Of a DNA stretch of 64,000 bases, positions 24,901 through 39,900 are shown piece after piece. The stretch lies in NCBI GenBank assembly GCA_964187785.1, contig OZ076409.1, positions 5,334,001-5,398,000 of the forward strand, in the 5' to 3' direction. Within the stretch, counting starts at the first letter, position 1. Each line of letters opens with the position of its first letter. The position numbers and the translations under genes were made by a program. The notes beneath the pieces were generated by a model. That model had not been told where the DNA came from. It worked only from the letters and a program-made list of their open reading frames with translations, and did no database searches. Source of the stretch: Amphiscolops sp. MND2022. Its lineage: Eukaryota.

Positions 24901-27900
24901 AAATTTTGAACGTTGCGGTTTAGGCATTAGCAGTAAAAACTCTGCTATTTTGGGTTTTGATTTACCGGTCTTGATTGAAGGTCTCCATCACATTGTATGG
25001 CAACATTCCAACTGTGGGTGGTATTTGGAAACCGTGACACATAGAACATCAGGGACAAAACGTCATGCACTTGAGACGAAAACGATGACTTGAAAAAACT
25101 AGGGTTGATTAAAGACCTAACGCTCTTTCCGAAATGGACATTTCAACTACTTTCTTCGAAATATTTCAATGTAGCTATCAGAAATTTAATCTGTTTTTAA
25201 ATTTAAATTAAGTAATTTAAAGTTTTGACACCGCTAATCTAGTTCATGCGATTTAGAGAATTAACGGCAGAGCAGAATTCTTAAGCGATTGTATTAGCGA
25301 TTTAAATCAGCTCAGCGGCAACTAAAAAAATGTCCGAATTCAAGACTTCCGTTATTATACAAGGGGGTTTCAAAGTGAATTTCGAATAGTTCAAACTCTC
25401 ACCCTTGCAAAATCACCACTGTATGAAAATGTTTTTCTTGCAAAAACGGAATTAGGTTATTCTGAAACTTACTTAAAGTTGAACATTTAATAGATGTCAG
25501 AGAAAGTTTTCCAGCGAAATAGCGATTTCAAAATTAGCGGTTTGGTGATAAGCGAAAAAAATAGCAATGTCAAAGCCTTGTGTGCAGTTTTTGTCATTTG
25601 TGGATTTTTGCAGAAGCCATGCAGGGCGGACTTCAAGCTACCATGATTCAACAGGATGGCATGTCCGAAACTGACATGAGACGCCAGTTACAGGTTAGTT
25701 GGGCACTTATAGCAACCCATCAATTACAACCACCTTGAATTCAGACTGTTCAGACCAATCATCATTTTGTAGGATCCTTGAAACCATCTGGCATCAATGG
25801 AACGTTTTAATTTCCCCCTTTTGCAATATTGGCAGCATTTTAAAACGAACAATTGAGAAATAAGGCCTCACAGTACCTAAGTTAACAGTCACTGAAAATT
25901 GTTCAAAAGGTACCGTGTAAACTTCAGTCTTGGTGAATCTTTAATGCCATACTTGCGCTGACGAGTTGGCCGCTATCACATCGCTATTTTATGCCAAGCC
26001 GCTTTTCGGTCAGGTGGGGGTATTTGGTCTAAAAACCGCTAGCGCAGTCGCTATCAATTACCGCTATTCTGGTAAAAGCGAACTTTATCCAAACTATTAA
26101 TCAGTTCGGCAACAGATTATTTTCCAAAAAGCACCGCTTCCGAAAAGCCGATCAGTCGTAAGTGCTAGGAGAGATAACCGCGCTAATTGTTGAAGCCTCA
26201 GATTACCAAAAATTCTGACGTCAGAATTTAAATTTAGTCGTCGGGAATTATGTTCTTCAAAAATTGTCGCGCTTCAGAAACTGACAGTAAATAACCACTA
26301 TTATTCACAGTTGCTGTCCAATTTTAAGCATTTTCAAAAAGAAAAAAATTACGCTCATTAGAGAGAATTTTCAGTTAGTTGCAAAATTTCGTTCCATGAT
26401 TGCTCATATATTGCAAGAAAAGCGATTTTTTTTTCGTTAAAACCACCCACGCAAAAATTATGTGAAAAAGCTGTCAAATTTGCATGAAATGGTAGTTGAT
26501 TACATGCATTTATCTGACGTCATCAAAATAGAGTGCCATATAATGCTTTAGGATCTGTTAAAAAGTAATTTGAAAAAAAATGGAGGTGAAAAACTAGTTT
26601 TTTGAAAGCGTGGAGTTAGAGGAACAAGCCGGAACCGGCCCAAGTCGGCGCCATATCTAAGGTTGAAAAATGCCGATAGGACTTCAAAATGTCAAAGTAT
26701 TGGTGTATTGGGGACCCTTTTATGGAAAAATTTTTTGAAGAAAGTCTCACAATGCCGAAAAACGTGAAAGGGAGGACCCATTGGGATTTTTCAACATCCA
26801 TTCTGTCGCATAAATCCAAAAAATTGAAGGGGGGACTTTTTGGTGGAAAAAAATCGAAAAAGTCGCACAATGCCGAAAAAAACTGAAAGGGAGGTCCTTT
26901 AGTCTCGACCGGTAATGTATGTTACGCTGAAAAAAGGAAAAAGTTTTTGGTTCAATTCCCTCGTCTAACTGGTGAAATTTTATTTTGTAGAACTTTTGGT
27001 TGAATTATTTTGGTCACTTCAGGTGTATCGAAAAAAACAGTGACGGAAAGCCATGACTATAGTCGACTCTTTTCTCAACAAAAGCGAAGACTAAAAATAG
27101 CCAATCTATGTAGAAACAAAAAATTTGAAATATCCAAGCATAGGGACTATAATAGTTGACAGCAAGTCACAAATTTCGCATTACTTTTGTGGCCATCTGA
27201 TTTCATCCATCAAACAGGAGCCTGTGCAGCACTGAGATAATTTCTGCCCTGAATTACTTTAGCAAAGACATTTTTGAAGCTCGAGCGTAGCCGATACATT
27301 ACGAAACTTCCTTGAAAAAACAAAAAAAAATGTAATTTGAACAAGTTTTGGGTCTTCCTGGTTCATTTTAGGTTCAATTTCTTTTGAAAAAAGTTTCAAT
27401 TGGTCTTCTAGGAAAAAACATGGTAAGTGGCTAATGGTTTTTAGTCGGCGCTTTTTGTAGAAAAACGCAGACTATAATAGTGACTTTTCTTTTTTTAAAA
27501 AAAAGCATCGAAGTGACAGATTTTTGAAGCTTTATAAGCTGGCTTCCACTAACTGCCACACTGTTGTAGCTTCTTCTGCTTCTGATTTTTTGAGGATTGT
27601 TTGAGGTCTTCCAAGGCGAAGGACGTGGGTTCGAATCCCGCCCTTTACCAAAATTTTTTATGCATGTTATTTCGGCTTTGTGAGACTTTTTTGCAATTTT
27701 TAGTCGGCGCTTTATCCTTCCAAGAAAAAATGCCTGACTATAGCAGTGACCTTTTTTTTCTTCAGACTACAATCCTCACACTGATCGGTCCACTTTTTCG
27801 AAACAAATCTGAAACCACCTAAGGCCAAGACAAACTTATTCCAAAGGGTCCCTTTGGTTTTCTACTTTCTCTAGGAAACCTACAAAGCCGGACGGTCCCC

Positions 27901-30900
27901 CATGTGGATTTTTTTCGGCACTGTGCGACATTTTTCAGTTTTTTTGATATTCGAGTTTTTTTTGATATTTTGCAACAGAAGGCCCCCTTCTCAAAATGTT
28001 CAAGATTTTTCCAAAAAAATGTTTTGGGCTTTTTGGGCCTTAGATATAGCGCCGACTTTAGACGTTCTCGTCTTGTTTTTAATCTTTCAAAAAGGGCCTC
28101 TTCATCTTTTTATATTTTGCAACAAAAGGGACGTTCGAAAAATCCCAAAGGGTCCCCCTTTTACATTTTTTGGCACTATGCGACTTACCGGAGACTTCAA
28201 AAAAAGTTCGAAAGAAAATTCAGTAAATTTTTTATCAATTTGTTTTTCATTTTTTCGACATAGTGCGACTTCTTTTAGACAAAAAACTTCCGCAAAGGTT
28301 CCGCCTTCATTTTTTCTGGAGTTTTGCGGCAGAATGGATCTTGAAAAATACCAAAAGGTCCTCCTTTCATTTTTTTTCGGAATTGTGAGACTTTTTTCAA
28401 CCGAGGGGTCCGCCTTTCATTTTGTTTGATGATTTATGACAGAAGGGATAAAAAATGTCGAAGCGTTCCCCTGGCGCGCCAATCCGGTCCAATTTTTGGG
28501 TTTTTGGGGTGCTTTAGAAGAGAATACTTTGACACTTCGAAGTCGTTTTGCTATCTTTGAGCCTTAGAGTTGGCGCCGACTTCGGCTGTTCCCGGCATGT
28601 TTTTTTAGGACCAACGATGTAACAGGTTTTATAAGTTTCATAAGCTGGCTTTCTTTAACTGCCAAACTAATGTAAGTTGTGCATAGAGGTTGATTAGGAT
28701 TTTTTGCGGTCTGCAAAGCAGAAAGACATGGAATCGAGTCTCGCCATTGACCAAATTTTTTGCAGGTAAAAAAATCACTGAATTCCCTTCAAATAATAGA
28801 TAGAGAACAATATACTGAACATACAAATTCAAAAACAAATCGTTTTCTGTAATGATGTTTCGGTATTTCCAAAAATATGTAGCAGACCTATATTCAAGCA
28901 ATAATTTGATAGGAAAAATACTGTGTTTGATTTTGAGGTCACTTGAAGAGTCAGATTTGTTGCGGTTGAAACAAGCTTTTACAGCCAAACTCAATTGTTT
29001 TTCGAGTGCAGTAATAAGATTTCGTGATATGCTATTCAAAACGATAGCTAGATGTTGTGTTTGACTTAATACTAGGGCATTCAATTTTAGACGAATTTCT
29101 TGTTATTTCGGCGTTGTGGGACTTTTTCCGCAAATTTTTATAATGTCTTCAAAGGGTACCTCTTCAATTTTTTTCAATTTTGCAACAAAATGGATGTTTA
29201 ATAAGCCCTAAACACTTAAAACAAGCTGAAACGTATGCAATGTATAATATTTTCGACAAAAAAAATATCTGATTTTGAAATCAAAAAAAATGAAAGTGTG
29301 AAAACTTTAAAAACTAAAAAAATGATGATTTGGAAATAGCTTAATCAGCCAATGAGATTTGTTTTTTTGCCTGTTTCCGCGTGCTTTGCTGCTTTTAATA
29401 ATATCACTACTGTACAAATTTCTCATATATAGTAATGTTTGACGTATATCACCGGGCACTTTTTAAAATGTTCCCATGAATCCATATGCATATGCTACGA
29501 ACTGTTTTCTTCATTTTATTTTTTATTTGTGGAAGAAACATTATCTCTCGAGTATAAAGTTGAAACATGGCCAGATTTGGAAAACAACGAAAATATGGAA
29601 ATGTGGAAATATTTGCGGAAAATAACAAGACGCCCGCTAAGCACCGGGATAATTTCCGCTAAAAATGTAACGCATCAGCACGGGTTCGAACCCACGACCT
29701 CCTGTCTTCCAGGCGGACACACTACCAACTGGGCCACGGTGACTAAAACATCCAAATACTAAATGGAGTAATAAAAAAGGAAGTTTGGCAGAATTTGGAA
29801 AAAACGCTGCACATACCGTGAATTTCCTCCCCCTACGCAAAAAATTGCGGGGACGAAAAATAACAATTAGTCATTTAACTGAGTAATAACTCATACTAAG
29901 TAGTTATCAATTACTTTTCCAGGTGTTCGTAGACCACGATATCAAGATTTTCTTCGTGCTAATCAGCCAGGGCTGGAATCTGTTGTGCATCGCTGCCGAC
30001 ATGCAACTCATGGGCAACTCAAATGTCTGGTTCGTGGATGCCTGGCTCTGGGAATTCGCCAAAAACGAGATGCGCAAAAACTGCACCAAAGAACAACTCG
30101 AGGTTAGAGAACAGAAAACCAAGAAAAACACTCAAAAATGCCAAAAACGACGTTGTTGCTAGTTTTGCACTAAAACTCACACTTTTTTCACTGAAAACAG
30201 GTGCAAAAGCACACTTTAAGTTGCAACAGGGAGAAACAAGCATGAACAAACGATTCCCCATCACAAATTATGCAATCAAAACTTTTTTCATACCATACCT
30301 CAAAAAATTGGTACTTCGGGAATGAGGGGTGGTACCTCGCCGTCGTTTTTCTCAAACCCGAGACCAGCCAGAGAGACGGTTTGAACCGTCAGCAACGTCA
30401 GTGTTTCCGCTAGCAACTCGAGGTTAGATAACAGCCATTGGCCATAAAATGAGCACAAATTTTGCGGAAATCATAGGAAATCTATTCATGAAAACATTTC
30501 AAATCTGTATTTAGAAACATTAGAATCGATGAAGAATTATGAGAATAATAAGACCATAATATCTACTTCGTGGATTGATAATTTACCAAAAATACCCCAA
30601 AAAACGAAAATCCTACCTAACTGGCGGCTCCAGGAAACGCGGTACCGAAAAGCGTGCTACCCGGGCCATTCGGATAATCCATATAACAGAATAGAAACAA
30701 CGGTATAAAAAAGAAACAACAAGAAAATGATTCATGGATGCGCACCGATTTCCAATAATAACCGCTATGATCATAGTCACCGTCATGCTATTCATAGTAT
30801 GAGAATCATTTTCCATCATGACCGTACTATGGCATGTTATGATTCACCATTTTCGAATGTGTCGGTCAACCTCGGATTAGCTCAAGTTGGCGTCTATTCA

Positions 30901-33900
30901 AAGTGACCAAAAATTGCAGAAAAAAAAACAATAAATGGTATCACTGTGGCTAAATTGATTTTCGATAGCGGAGAAAAAACAAAAAAATTTAACTGCAGCA
31001 GAAAATTTGGGTTTGTTAAACAAATCCCCGGTTCAAATAATGCCCCAGTTCAATAAAACGGGTACAGTTTACCCTATAAAACCTCGAAAGTGATTTCGTC
31101 CTCAAATGGGAACAGCGAATTTTTTTCGCAATCTGTAAAAAAATACGAAAAAACACAAAAGCATCTAAGAAAACGATAATTTGTCTATGTGATTCACAAT
31201 CTATCGTACTAACTGGGGTGAGTTGTTATATGCGTTAATATAGTTTCTTTCCCGAACCGTGGGCAAAAAGTAACTTGAAAAAAGTGAAAACTTTCAACGT
31301 TGCTTTTTCTCCATAACTGAACAACTGTTTACTAAGTTACTGTCCCACTCAAGTAACACAGTTGGCCACGATTGAAAACACTTATGGAAGTTTTGTCAAT
31401 GAAGCTTCAGCTATGAGTAGGACTGGCATTTGAAATGTTCGGCGAAGCATTTGAAAGGTAAAGGGGTTTCAGGAACAGAAAAACTATTTGAGCTCCAGCT
31501 AATATTCCTGGAGAAATGAAAATATGAATACGTTGAATAAGTATGACATATTCATAATATATATGTAAGCTGTTAGGAACAAGTATTGAATTCGACAGTT
31601 TCTCTTTTTTAAAAGTAGTATCAAATTGTATATATGACAAGACGCCCGCCAAGCACCGAGATCTTTTCAGCCTTTTTAGTTGACTATTTTAGTTACTTGA
31701 CTATTTAGTTACTAGTAGCTAGAATAGTCAAGTAACTAAAAGAGTCAAGTAGTGAGTGGAGACCGTTATCATTACTTTATCAACCAATTTAAATAAAATC
31801 AGCAGCAAAATACCCAGCTAACTAGTTCGTTAGCTCTCTTCAAAATTTAAAAACTGCAATAACGGTTTAAAAAATAACCTTTTCAACTCTCAAGTTCGAC
31901 CAAAGCTTCTTGACTTTCTCAATTGGCGGCGCCGTTTGCAAAGAATATTACCAATTACGACCATTCAGCTAGTTTGGACTTAGTTTGGAGTTAGAGTTTA
32001 GCCTTTTTAATAAAACAATCTATATAATCAAGTTTATGTAATTGGTCCTAATTAGTTTTTTTTCCATAAAATATCAGCTGTTAATTTCTGAGAAACAACT
32101 TCAGACATGAAAGCCTAGATTTCGGCGTCATTTTTTGAATGCTATGGATGACCGATAAAAATGGAAATGGAAAAACAAAATTCAAAAGCAACCTGCAGAG
32201 GATTTTTACAAACCGATTTTTTGCAACAGTGTGATAGTTCACGAACCAATAGAATCCTGACATCTTTCCCAAAACCTTTTGATGCTCCTAATTGGAATTT
32301 TGATGCCGCAGTAACGCAGTAGTTTGAAATTTCAGTCAATTTTTGCCAAATTCTCAAATTCTTGTCAAGTTTTTGTGTTCCAGGTAGTTAGGGGGATGAT
32401 GGTCCTTGTTAAAATCTAAACCCATGGAAGCATCCCAACAAAAAATACTAAACAGCGTATTGAGAAACTTTGACCAAATTTCATGAAATTAAAATTGTCT
32501 TTAACTTTTGAAAAGTAAGTTTGTAAATACTATTGGTGCGCCTACATTTTGAGTAGCGGACGGCTCATTCTTTGTCCTTTTTGATGTTTGATAATTAGTT
32601 TTTCAATGGACACACATTAAAAGTTGATTTTTACAACATCAATAAAAAACTTATTTGAGCCACTGAAGCAACATATAATAGCACACACAAGACTGGTAAA
32701 CTGAAGTGGAATTGTGTTCTTATCTCTACTTCAGTCAAACAGTCTTGTGTCTTTTATCATCTGCTGCTTCAGGGGCGCACACATCGTAGTCGCTGTGATT
32801 GGTCAGGGCCTTTGATTGGTGCACGTCCTGTTTCCTGAACACTTGAACGAATTTTTGAGATACAGTACATGATGTAAATCTTGACAAAGTTGCATTTTTA
32901 GTCGGCGCTTTTCGTAGAAAAACGAAGACTATAGTAGTGACTTTTCTTTTTTTTCTTTTTTAAGACCAACGAAGTGACAGATTTTATAAGCTTTATAAGC
33001 TGGCTTCCACCAACTGCCACAATGATGTAGCTTCTTCTGCTTCTGATTTTTTGAGGATTTTTTGAGGTCTGCTAAGCAGAAGGACGTGGGTTCGAGTCCC
33101 GCCCTTGACCAAAAGTTTTTTGTGCAGGTTATTTCGGCTTTGCGAGACTTCGCAAATTTTTTAAATGTCTTCAAAGGGTCCCCTTTCAATTTTTTTTATT
33201 TTACAATAGAATGGATGTTCATTAACTCCTAAAGGGCCCCTCTTTTTCATTTTTTGGCACTATGCAACTTACCGGACCGGAGACGTCAAAAAAAATTTCG
33301 AAAAAATTTCGGAAAAATTTTTTCCTCAATTTTTAGTTTTTGAGACCTTTTGTCTCCTGTTGTAGAAAAAGTGGTTTTCGAGTCTTATTGAGCCTTAGAT
33401 ATGGCGCCGACTCGGGCCGTTCCCGGCTTGTTCTTCATTCAGCTGTTTCTATTTTTTTAGCTGGTTCTGAACTCGAACCCACTGTTGGACGTGCAGGAGT
33501 GGAGTCGCAGCGAGAAGGGTGCTAAGGAGACGATCTCGGGGTACAACTCTTCCGAGGTGGCTTCTAGGGTGGACACGGCACTGACTAAAGACAACATCCG
33601 TTTTACCAAAGACAGAAACCTATCCTGGGATCTTCTGGGTTATTACACGTTTTACAAGAAGATTCCATGCAGGGTCCCGAATTTTCTATGTTTTTTATTT
33701 TTTAATCGCCGCTTTTAGAATAAAAGAGACCGAAAATTACAATCACTAGTTTTTTCTCCTTAGGACTCGTTTTTTCCTTTGAGACTCGTGTTTTTTTCTT
33801 TAGCCACGAGTTTTTTTTCATTTTCTACTTTTTAAACGTGACACACAAAACCGGACGAGACAGAAGATCCCCCCTTTCAATTTTTTTTCGTCGATGAGAC

Positions 33901-36900
33901 TTTTTTCCGATTTTTTTCGAGTCTTCAAAGGCTCTTCTTTTGAATTGTTTTGAAATTTAGTGTGAGAAAATCCCAATAGGGTCTGGAGAGAGTTTTACGT
34001 CCAATTGGAAGCTCAACAGAAAAAAGGTTGTTTAGTGAGTTAGCTAACTCTTAGTGTAGTTACTTTCAATTTCTCTCTCCAGTTGTTTTTCTTCTGGCTC
34101 ACGACTATCAATTCACGAGAAACCAGATTGCAATATTTCCAATTAATATGAAGATGATAGCTATAACATCCAGTCAGATACATCCCCACAATACTTTCTA
34201 AAATTTCCAAAAAAAAGTTACAACCACAATCAAATCCGCGGCTCAACTAGGTACGTTAGGCACGATTCAATCTTGACGGAGCTCCAATTATAACCAAATC
34301 ACAAGTCCCGGACTAGTCAGTAATTATACTATGAGCTAGTAAGAACATAATCTCCTAGAACAGTATGTTGTCTCCGTGAGACTCAACTATCTTCTAGCTC
34401 TCTAACTCGGTTGCCTTTTCGCGTATATTCCAATTCCGCCTCAATTTTGTTTATTCATCGCGCGTGCTTCAGGCGATCTCACCTTGAAAATCTATCATAC
34501 TTGAGTTTTACATTACTGTGTGTCGGCATTTGAAGTTTGCATGCTTTTACCCTCATGTTTATCTACTCAATTTATGGCATAGCGACGCGGTTACGACATC
34601 CCTAGTTAAACATCAGCTAAACACTCTTCGCCGCCAATGTCAAACAATTCAACATCTTGTGTGAACTACAATTTCCGCGATAATTTAGGTCTTCCAAGAT
34701 AATTAAAATATCGAGACATTTGCTCAATGACTTGTAATTACATGATTTACATGTTTTCAAAGTGTACGTGCGAGGTAATTTTCCGTCATTCTCAGTGCGG
34801 TGCAATGCGATTTATTTTGCCCGGCTAAAATGTATGAATTATCAAGCGAAGACGCTGTTTTGAATGTTTCAAAGTACGTTTTTCAATCATTTCAGGGGTC
34901 ACCCCCAGAAATAACCTTGAGGTTCGCCCGCGACCTTGACTTTCTTTGCAGTCATCCAAAGTTGCTACATGCCAATTGTATGGTCCTAGTTTCAATAGTT
35001 CCCAAGTTATATGATATAAATATGGTTGATTTATTTAAGGCGATTACCCCCGAATTTCCCACAAATACGGTTTCTTCCACGTTAGTAAGTCGACTACACT
35101 CAATAATACAGTTCAATTGAGGTATTCCAAGACAAAAGTGAAATGTTCTCTTTCCACTAGGTCCGCGCGTACGATCCCGCGTGCCTTAAACAAACAATGC
35201 TTCGCGCGCCATAGACCGATTAATGTATTTTTCATGTTTATTACATAGGGTTGGTAGGTGATTATCTTACATACGTTTCATGATCCCGGGTCGACTGGTG
35301 ACGATTTTCATAACATTCGGAGTTTGTTTACTTAGGATCCGTGCTCTTCTTGCGCGTGTCCTAGGCTCCCAAAAATATAGGCAAATGGCCTAATATCCTA
35401 GAGGCTATCAGTTCTATCTATTTGATGACCTATTCCATGCTTCTCCGGTGCTAATAGCCTCGTTCCAATTTGTATTTGATTCCTGAAAAATGTCGTCTAC
35501 TAAGTAAACACCAAGTTTGCCAAATAAGACTCAGTAAAACACATTACAATGAGCTTTTTTTAAATTTTGTCTATCGTCTGGACTTCGCACAAAAACAATA
35601 GGATTTTCATATGAATGCCAAATCTAACAATTCCCAATTTTGCATCAAATTGGACGTTTTTGCGCCTTAGATATAGCACCGACTTTAGATGTTCCCGTCT
35701 TGTTAAGCTTTTCACCAGCATCTAATCGCTATTGTCAGAATGGTGTAAAAATGTCCCAATGCGAAAACAAAAATAAAATTCAAATTTTATGATCCCACAT
35801 CGATTTTTAAACCAGTTTAACGAGCAAAAATTTGTAATGAAATTGATAGTAAAAACTGAAACTTCGCTTCAGGTTTTCAAATTTTTATCAATTAAAGTTC
35901 GATCAGCAAAAGAAGCTTCATTGTTCATTACTGTCAGGCATTTCAATACCAGCTGGTTGTTTGAGAATTGTGCTTTGATTTTTTCTAAGCATTAAACACA
36001 CCCAACTTTCCAAAAATGGGTACAATAGTTGTTCGAGGTATTGTTATCACTAGAACGACTGGTCCGTGAAACTTACTCTATCAGATACATTTTTTTCAAA
36101 TCATCATTTTGTAATTCTGTTTTTCGCCTCTGTCTCACAAATTTCCCTCGAGACGATATTTTGTGCCATTTCGACAATTTTTTGTTTCCATAAATCTTCA
36201 AAAATTTTGCCATGAAAACTTTCGGTTTTTTCCTTTTTTTTGTGAAAAAAAAATAAGCATGCGTACTCGAATGCTGTATGTTAAACACACTTTGGCTACC
36301 AAACCTTTCAATTAGGATACCAAAATTCAAATTTTTTGTTCTAGCTTACGACTGTGTGTGGCTCATGTCTCTGGCAGTTAAGAATGCCCTGGAAAAATGC
36401 ACCCAGCAAACGCCGCCCTCTTGCGACCAAAACTGGCCAGACCGGGTCATGCGGGAGATGCATTCGATCGAGTTCGAAGGTGCATCTGGAAGGTACTTAT
36501 GATACTATAATCCCCCCACCCCCTTCCCCCGGTTCATTAGCTTGGAAAAACCGGCAAATGTATCTTTAAAGCCAGACACGTGCCCCAGACATAAGCGCCA
36601 GAGACAAAAGCACCCAAGACAAAAGATGCCATTTTACACTGGTCATAGGCGCACCAGTCAAAAGCGCCCCAATGCAGAACGTATTAACTCATTGGTAATG
36701 CCAGATTTGACATTTTTACACCTTACAAATCTCAATTAAACACAACTTAAACTGTTAATTTTGGCTTTTCTGAACAAAGTATATCAATTTATTATTGATT
36801 AAATTGTCAATACACTGGTTTGAGATGAAAAACTGATACCTATTCAACTGGAGTGCGGAACTTAAAATTGGTGGTGGAAAAGAGTTCCATGTAGTCTTTG

Positions 36901-39900
36901 ACTGGCGCGCTTATGACTGGGGCGCTTTTGTCTAAGGCGCTTTTGTTTGGGGCGCTTTTGTCTGGTAACCAGACGCTTTCATTGAAAATGTTTATTCGAC
37001 ACTGCCCTGAGTAAACCTTGGTTGATTTAAAATCCTTTCTTTGCAGAGGTCATGCAAGAATTTCGTAGGAATTTTGCATTCTACAATCGTTTCCTAACGA
37101 GATTTTTTAGAATTTTGCATTCTCAACAAAAATACAGCTAAAGTTTCACATAGGATTTTTCGTGCAGCATTTCGAAGAAAAACAATTACCCAGGTCAAAT
37201 AGAGTCATATATACGGAAACTTGCTATTTTATACATTAGAGATGATAAACACCTTTTTTCAATATTTTCTGAAAATCTCGGCGTTAAATACAACTCCCTT
37301 CACAAGATTTAAAAAATGTTCCAGGTTTGGTTCTCGAGGGCGAGCAATCGAAGAGCACTGGTGCTCCTTCCTAGTCAATTTGGATTCGCTGATTTTCAAT
37401 AAAGTGGAGGTTTTATAGTATAACATATTACATAGATTCATGTACATACTGTTCTATTTCTTGGTTAGATAAGAAAACAATATAGTCTTTTGTTAAAAGT
37501 ATCTTTAAACTCAAAAGCAAAGTCAAATCGATCTTCTTTCTATACTGATCTGTATCACAAATGATGTATCTTTAATATGAAAGATTTAGCACTATGTTTA
37601 CAAATATATATATAAACTTTTGTTCTATGAATGTCTAAAGGGAAGATCTAAGTTTGATTGACATTTGTCATCCGAAAGATTCGGTTCGGTATTACACCGT
37701 ATAACATTTCCTCCCTTCTGGGCTCTCTTCGTTTACTGGTTCGATGGTCATGGAGTCGGTGTTTTTTCCCGGGTGAAATCTGCTGGTTTGGTCAACGGTT
37801 TCGGTGGCTCTTTTTGGATGTTCCATCTCTCACCTGTAACCATTTTGTTTAAAAATTCACACCCAGAAATTTTTTGTATATGTAACCCCCCGTATCTATT
37901 CGGTTGTCTACTTTCACGGTTTGACCGTCTTGTTCCTTCGTTTTCGGTTGTATTGTTTTTAAGTTTTTTCTCACCGGTATCTATTTCACCGTCGGTATGT
38001 AGATTGAGTTCATCCTCGGGGGATGTTGTCACTGGTCGGTTGCAGCTGTTTTTCTCGGAGGTATCGATTCTCGAAATCCCTCTCGTCATCCTCTATTTCC
38101 CCTCTTCACTTTCCGAGTCTGATTCGGTTCTTTGGTTTGGAACGATTTTCAACTTTCCGTTGAGTACGTCACGCAGTACCTCGTTCCATTGTATATTTTT
38201 ACCGTCGACTCCTCTGGGGCAATGGCAATTTTTGGGGGTGATGTTGTCTCCGATTTTCGGGGCGGCCTTCCTTTCTTTCTGAAATACAATTGGACCCGAA
38301 ATAAATTTTCGGTGGATAATTTTTTCGGTGTCGGTGGTTACGGTATGTTCCGTACCATTCACTGCGTTTTGTAATTTTTTCTGAAATCTACCTTCCAATG
38401 ATTTTTTGTTATGGTTCTTTTCAAAGAATTGGAAAGGGTATATACCAACCGAATTTTTCTTCTTCGGAGATTTTTGCGGCTAATGCTTTTTTGTTCACTC
38501 TTGGTCCGGGCCATTACTATGTGATTTGACACTTCTCCATCACCATTTCTGGTTATACAGATGGGGATCTTCGGTTTATCACTTGCTAAAACAGGTAATT
38601 CCGACCAATTAGAAAGGAATGATCTTCCGTTTTTTATCACGTTCGTTAGTTCCGTTCTTGGTTTCCGACCGTAGTGTAGTTCGAATGGCGTGATTTTTAT
38701 CCCCGTGTGTATTGTGAAACGCATCACCTTCAATGCTCTATTTACGCATTCGGTTAGGCATATGTTTTCTTCTAGGTTGGTTTCATTAAATACTTCAATG
38801 TTTGTATTGCGCGTTCTACTGCTCCCGTACCGGTATGGATTCTCGGTGTGCTATATTCAATTTCTATATATTTTGATTCACAACATTCTTTGTACTCTTT
38901 CGAGTGGAACGCCCGCCTTTATCCGTTTTTATTTTCTCCGGCAATCTGTATAAGTTAAACTTCTCTTTTAGAAAATTTAGGACTTCTTTGGTTTCCGCTG
39001 TTTCACAGATTTTTGCGGTCGGCCATTTGCTATATCTGTCTACCGCAATTAGGATCCGATATTCTCTGTTTAGTTTTTCGTTATTTAGTTTCTGGAAAAA
39101 TCAATTTGATTTTCTTGTCCCGGTTCCGTTAGTGTTTTTGATTTTCCGAAATTCCGTTTCGGTATTTGGTATTTTAAATTCTTACCGTATGCCATGCAGG
39201 CCACACAGTTTTTTGCTTTCTCTTCGATCTCCTTTTGCATGTTTGGCCACCAAAAGATGTTGGCTTCCGCTGCCGCTTTCCTTCTCAATTCATTTGGCAC
39301 AATTATTCGGTCATCATTGAATGTTAGTCTCCACTTGTTGCTCAATTTTTCAAATGTTGTTCGGTATGCTTCCGGGGCAGTATTTTTCTCATTTCTTCTC
39401 ATTGCACTACTGACTCTATTCAGTTCTGCGTCGGTTGCTGATTTGGCTATCAGCGTTTTTAGGTCGAGCATGAAGTTGATTTCGGCCTTTTTGATTGTTT
39501 CTTCGGTTACTTTTTTGTTCCCGGTAACTTTGTCGATCACTTGATTGATCTCTATGAATTGGGCTTCTTTTCCTTCTGTGTTGAATGCCTTCAGATCAAC
39601 GATGGGAAAATTGTTGCCCCTGATTATCTGGCTTTCGCCCTCACTTTCTACTTCGGCTTTTTCGATTATCTCCGGTTGTTGTGGTTCTTGATCCTCCTCT
39701 TCTGCTTGTTCTTCTAATGGTTGATAGCCTCCTCCAAATCTGTTGGCCCGTGTTAATAGTTCGCCGTCTGTTTCCGCAATCTCCTCCCTGCTTCTTTTGT
39801 TTGGCCTTGAGGGGACCCATATTTGTCTTTGGGCATTCATGTCGAACTTTCTTCTCATGGTTCCGGGTCGGGAAATTTCCAGACGTCTCTCTACCAATCT

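Noticed and set aside
29676..29745. tRNA gene (also GGTTCGA-containing pieces near 1480, 27625 and 33085)
   Set aside because: Only A/B-box-like parts, no complete cloverleaf, and embedded in dispersed repeats
37325..37372. Candidate missing GPCR exon (TTCCAG|GTTTGGTTCTCG...)
   Set aside because: The best-looking frame (VWFSRASNRR) does not match the upstream donor phase and the donor is weak; left unannotated
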